A stretch of DNA of 28,081 nt from a virus (taxonomy: Duplodnaviria > Caudoviricetes), in IMG/VR virus record IMGVR_UViG_3300017766_001646, positions 1 through 28,081 of that record; one strand, written 5' to 3'. The notes below the pieces were generated by a model. The model saw only the letters and a program-made list of their open reading frames with translations. It searched no databases and had not been told where the DNA came from. Made by a program: the position numbers and the translations under genes. Position 1 is the first letter of the stretch. Every line of letters begins with the position of its first letter. Of this stretch, positions 25,600 to 28,081 are shown in pieces.

Positions 25600-25996
25600 G
25601 TGCAGTATCGTGGAGTCACACCGAAAGCGTGACGTGGTACTGCAAAGATACGAGGAGCTTGTGGCAGGAGGGATGCGGTGCCACGATGCAGCACGTACCC
25701 TCGGTTATAACCACACCACGATTAACTACTGGAAAAAGCAGATTCTAGATCAGACAAGAATCGAGATACAGGCAGAAGTACAGACCATGGCAAACGGATC
25801 GTTTAGCGTAGCACTTGAAAAACTGCGCTCTGGCTACATGGTACGCAGGCATGGGGCTTCTTGGTTTCTACAGTTGGTAGATAGCAAGATATGCCTGTAT
25901 CTGCTCGATGGTGCAGGTAACCGGAGATACAGCCGGGTTGCATCTTTTGGATCCGCTGATGTCTTGGCGATGGACTGGGAGATTTTCGTAGGATGA
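25586..25996 (+). CDS. HTH + DUF2829/Tad2-like fusion protein (paralogue 2)
   Basis: N-terminal HTH (EELVAGGMRCHDAARTLGYNHTTINYWKK); C-terminal SFSVALEKLRSGYMVRR...SADVLAMDWEI. Confidence 0.62.
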   Translation: MARPKCSIVESHRKRDVVLQRYEELVAGGMRCHDAARTLGYNHTTINYWKKQILDQTRIEIQAEVQTMANGSFSVALEKLRSGYMVRRHGASWFLQLVDSKICLYLLDGAGNRRYSRVASFGSADVLAMDWEIFVG

Positions 25997-26622
25997 CAAA
26001 GCTAATCTGGATCACACCTGAAGCGGAGCAGGTTATCGGTTACTGCGCTAGGGTCTCCAATCCTGCTAACCAAGATAACCCAGACGTTAGCAGGCTCTTG
26101 TCCTACTGCATCAAGCACGGGCACTGGTCAATCTTTGAAATGGCTAGCATGTGCGTTGAAATCAAGACAACACGTGCTATCGCTCCGCAGATTCTTAGGC
26201 ATCGGTCATTCTCTTTTCAAGAGTTTAGCCAAAGGTATGCACAGGTTGCTGAGTTCCCCATTCTGGGGCAGATGAGGCTTGCTGGTACAACTAACCGCCA
26301 AAGCTCACAACTGATACCAGAATACAAAGAGTTAGATGCAGAGATGCAGGGAGTCATCTTAGACGCTGAGTTGGCTGTATCGCGTGGCTACCATGCATAC
26401 AACGAGATGATAAAAGCAGGTATCGCTGCGGAGACTGCAAGGATGGTACTACCGCTCTGCACTCCGACCACGATGTATATGTCTGGCACCATACGGTCTT
26501 GGATACATTACGTGCAGTTACGAACGCAGGACGATACGCAGTTAGAACACAGGGAGATAGCAGAGTCCATCAAGGCTTTGATGGCTGAACACCTGCCGAT
26601 AACAATGGGAGTAATAGGATGA
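25993..26622 (+). CDS. thyX: FAD-dependent thymidylate synthase
   Basis: HGHWSIFE, the ThyX motif QILRHRSFSFQEFSQRY, ARMVLP, TQLEHR. Confidence 0.97.
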   Translation: MTKLIWITPEAEQVIGYCARVSNPANQDNPDVSRLLSYCIKHGHWSIFEMASMCVEIKTTRAIAPQILRHRSFSFQEFSQRYAQVAEFPILGQMRLAGTTNRQSSQLIPEYKELDAEMQGVILDAELAVSRGYHAYNEMIKAGIAAETARMVLPLCTPTTMYMSGTIRSWIHYVQLRTQDDTQLEHREIAESIKALMAEHLPITMGVIG

Positions 26623-26858
26623 GATTCGGAGATGTAGTACAAGCCTTGATGGCTGGTGGTGGTAACGCTGTATGGCGGGAAGACTGGGGAGGCTCCGTAT
26701 TCCTGCGGTATTCCGAACTGTGGAATATCTTTGAACTGCATGGCCCTAAGGGACGGGTAACACAGCTGGAAGAGTTGAGCCTATCCCCTGGTGATTTGTT
26801 TGCTAACGATTGGGCACTGGTTGCCATTGATCCACAGAGCGGATGGGTGAAGCAATGA
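26619..26858 (+). CDS. DUF2829/Tad2-like small protein (paralogue 3)
   Basis: MRFGDVVQALMAGGGNAVWREDW...LSPGDLFANDWALV. Confidence 0.62.
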   Translation: MRFGDVVQALMAGGGNAVWREDWGGSVFLRYSELWNIFELHGPKGRVTQLEELSLSPGDLFANDWALVAIDPQSGWVKQ

Positions 26859-27004
26859 ACCAGATTCAACTAATCAAATATAGATTTGCACGGAGTGTAA
26901 ACATAATTGGCTGGAGGCTTGTATCTCGAATAAGCCGAGCAATGATAGTAGTAAATGACTGGTGTATTGAAAAAAAGCCACAACAAGAAGAGGTAGCAGA
27001 ATGA
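26855..27004 (+). CDS. Small hypothetical protein (49 aa), absent from the ORF track
   Basis: MNQIQLIKYRFARSVNIIGWRLVSRISRAMIVVNDWCIEKKPQQEEVAE; ATGA overlaps at both ends. Confidence 0.65.
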   Translation: MNQIQLIKYRFARSVNIIGWRLVSRISRAMIVVNDWCIEKKPQQEEVAE

Positions 27005-27207
27005 TTACCTTTACCCTTGGTATTCTGCTGGGCGCTGGGTGCTTGGCTGTCTATAACGAGATGTATACAAGATGGCTATACGCTGATGTGAAGAGACGCG
27101 CGAAACAGCAAGGCATCAGTGAACGTCAGATGAAAGATGCCCTCGTATGGGCAGCTACAGAAGAAATCGAGGAGAGCCTAAATGCCAGCACAACCCGGAG
27201 CAGGTAG
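27001..27207 (+). CDS. Small membrane-anchored protein
   Basis: Hydrophobic N-terminus MITFTLGILLGAGCLAVY; GAGG RBS. Confidence 0.65.
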   Translation: MITFTLGILLGAGCLAVYNEMYTRWLYADVKRRAKQQGISERQMKDALVWAATEEIEESLNASTTRSR

Positions 27208-27550
27208 ACCGACTAAGTACACGCCAGACACGGTAGAAAAGATTCTGGAGGCTCTACGGGGTGGTAACACCCGCAGGGCTTCCTGTGCTGTTGCCGATGT
27301 TTCACAAGATAGCCTAGCCCTTTGGCTTAGGACCTATCCCGAATTTGCGGAAGCAGTAGAAAAAGCAGAAGGTAAAGCGGAAGCCAAGATGGTTTCAGTC
27401 ATTCGTGATGCTTCTGAAACAACATGGCAAGCGGCTGCATGGTGGCTAGAGCGGAAGCACAAGCAGGAATGGTCAAGCAGGGTAGAACAGACAGGCGCAG
27501 ACGGTTCACCTGTCAAAGTGATTGTGGAGTACGCAGATGGTAAAGATTAG
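27182..27550 (+). CDS. terS: Terminase small subunit
   Basis: GRPTKYTP, HTH, YPEFAEAVEKA, WQAAAWWLER, C-terminal TGADGSPVKVIVEY. Confidence 0.8.
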   Translation: MPAQPGAGRPTKYTPDTVEKILEALRGGNTRRASCAVADVSQDSLALWLRTYPEFAEAVEKAEGKAEAKMVSVIRDASETTWQAAAWWLERKHKQEWSSRVEQTGADGSPVKVIVEYADGKD

Positions 27551-27932
27551 TTTTCACGGGGTTATTCCTACTCGTGCAACCAAGTTTAGTGCAGGTTACG
27601 ATCTACGCTCACCCGGTGACATCGTGATCCCTGCTGGGGCTACCGTAGGGGTTGACACAGGCACTTATGTTTCTATGCCTGTTGACCTTTGTGCTCTTGT
27701 CTGTAGCCGTTCCGGTCTAGCCTTGCGTGGTCTTGCTGTTGCCAATGCTCCCGGCATAATTGATGCTGACTATACAGACACTGTCAAGGTGTTACTGCAT
27801 AACCGTACGCAAGGTGACTGGGTGATTGAGGCAGGAGACCGAATAGCGCAGCTGGTGTTTACGCCTTTTGTGGTTGGTGATGATATCCCAGTAAGTGAGC
27901 GTACAGGTGGGTTAGGTTCCACAGGAGATTAG
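27537..27932 (+). CDS. dut: Trimeric dUTPase
   Basis: SAGYDL, SRSGLA, GIIDADY, GDRIAQL, RTGGLGSTG; ATG 27537 follows a GGAG RBS. Confidence 0.96.
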   Translation: MVKISFHGVIPTRATKFSAGYDLRSPGDIVIPAGATVGVDTGTYVSMPVDLCALVCSRSGLALRGLAVANAPGIIDADYTDTVKVLLHNRTQGDWVIEAGDRIAQLVFTPFVVGDDIPVSERTGGLGSTGD

Positions 27933-27934
27933 AT

Positions 27935-28081
27935 ATGACAGGGCTTGAAGCTTTAGCGTATTTACGCAACCACAGATACGGTGCTGTCCGATGTAAGGAT
28001 TGGGCAGAAGAGCAGTTTATACTTACACAATGTTCTGGTAATGAAATGTCATGGTGGAACTACTACCTAGATGACTTTCTT
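27935..28081 (+). CDS. Hypothetical protein, 3'-truncated; possible fourth DUF2829-like paralogue
   Basis: AGGAG RBS; MTGLEALAYLRNHRYGAVRCKDWAEEQFI, open to the window edge. Confidence 0.55.
   Translation, partial: MTGLEALAYLRNHRYGAVRCKDWAEEQFILTQCSGNEMSWWNYYLDDFL

Noticed and set aside
37-27516. Remaining short overlapping or antisense ORFs in the track
   Set aside because: They lie within well-supported genes in other frames and lack RBS or motif support.
27522-27536. TTG start for dUTPase
   Set aside because: ATG 27537 has a well-spaced GGAG RBS.
1-28081. tRNA/rRNA genes, integrase, IS elements, alternative genetic code
   Set aside because: Intergenic gaps are short with no cloverleaf seen; no recombinase or transposase motifs; genes are intact under the standard code using all three stops.

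Overview
The window is a gene-dense, contiguous segment of a tailed dsDNA phage genome (siphovirus-like, HK97-type head, roughly 50% GC by eye). It probably covers most of a small genome; terminase large subunit and portal are not present. Layout: (1) rightward morphogenesis arm, 1-16387: gpF-like minor head protein, prohead protease, major capsid protein, head-tail genes interrupted by holin-like genes and a beta-helix fibre, tail tube, tail chaperone with a -1 frameshift, tape measure, two large tail-tip proteins, CHAP lysin. (2) Short leftward early operon, 19049-16537: ERF, DUF2829-like, Gam-like, HTH. (3) Divergent promoter switch at about 19050-19125. (4) Rightward regulation/replication/nucleotide arm, 19126-28081: Cro-like HTH, Mom-like DNA modifier, sigma70-family factor, VRR-NUC, split primase plus PriCT-helicase followed by an iteron-like origin, SSB-like, DUF3310, ThyX, terminase small subunit, dUTPase. 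Most notable: three or four divergent DUF2829/Tad2-like paralogues, one fused to an HTH (candidate immune-signal-sensing regulator); a repeated TGTGGGATACTG motif 6 nt before structural-gene ATGs (candidate leaderless late promoter for the phage sigma); and a head-tail adaptor with an inserted CBM-like module. All family assignments come from motif recognition by eye; no database search was run.
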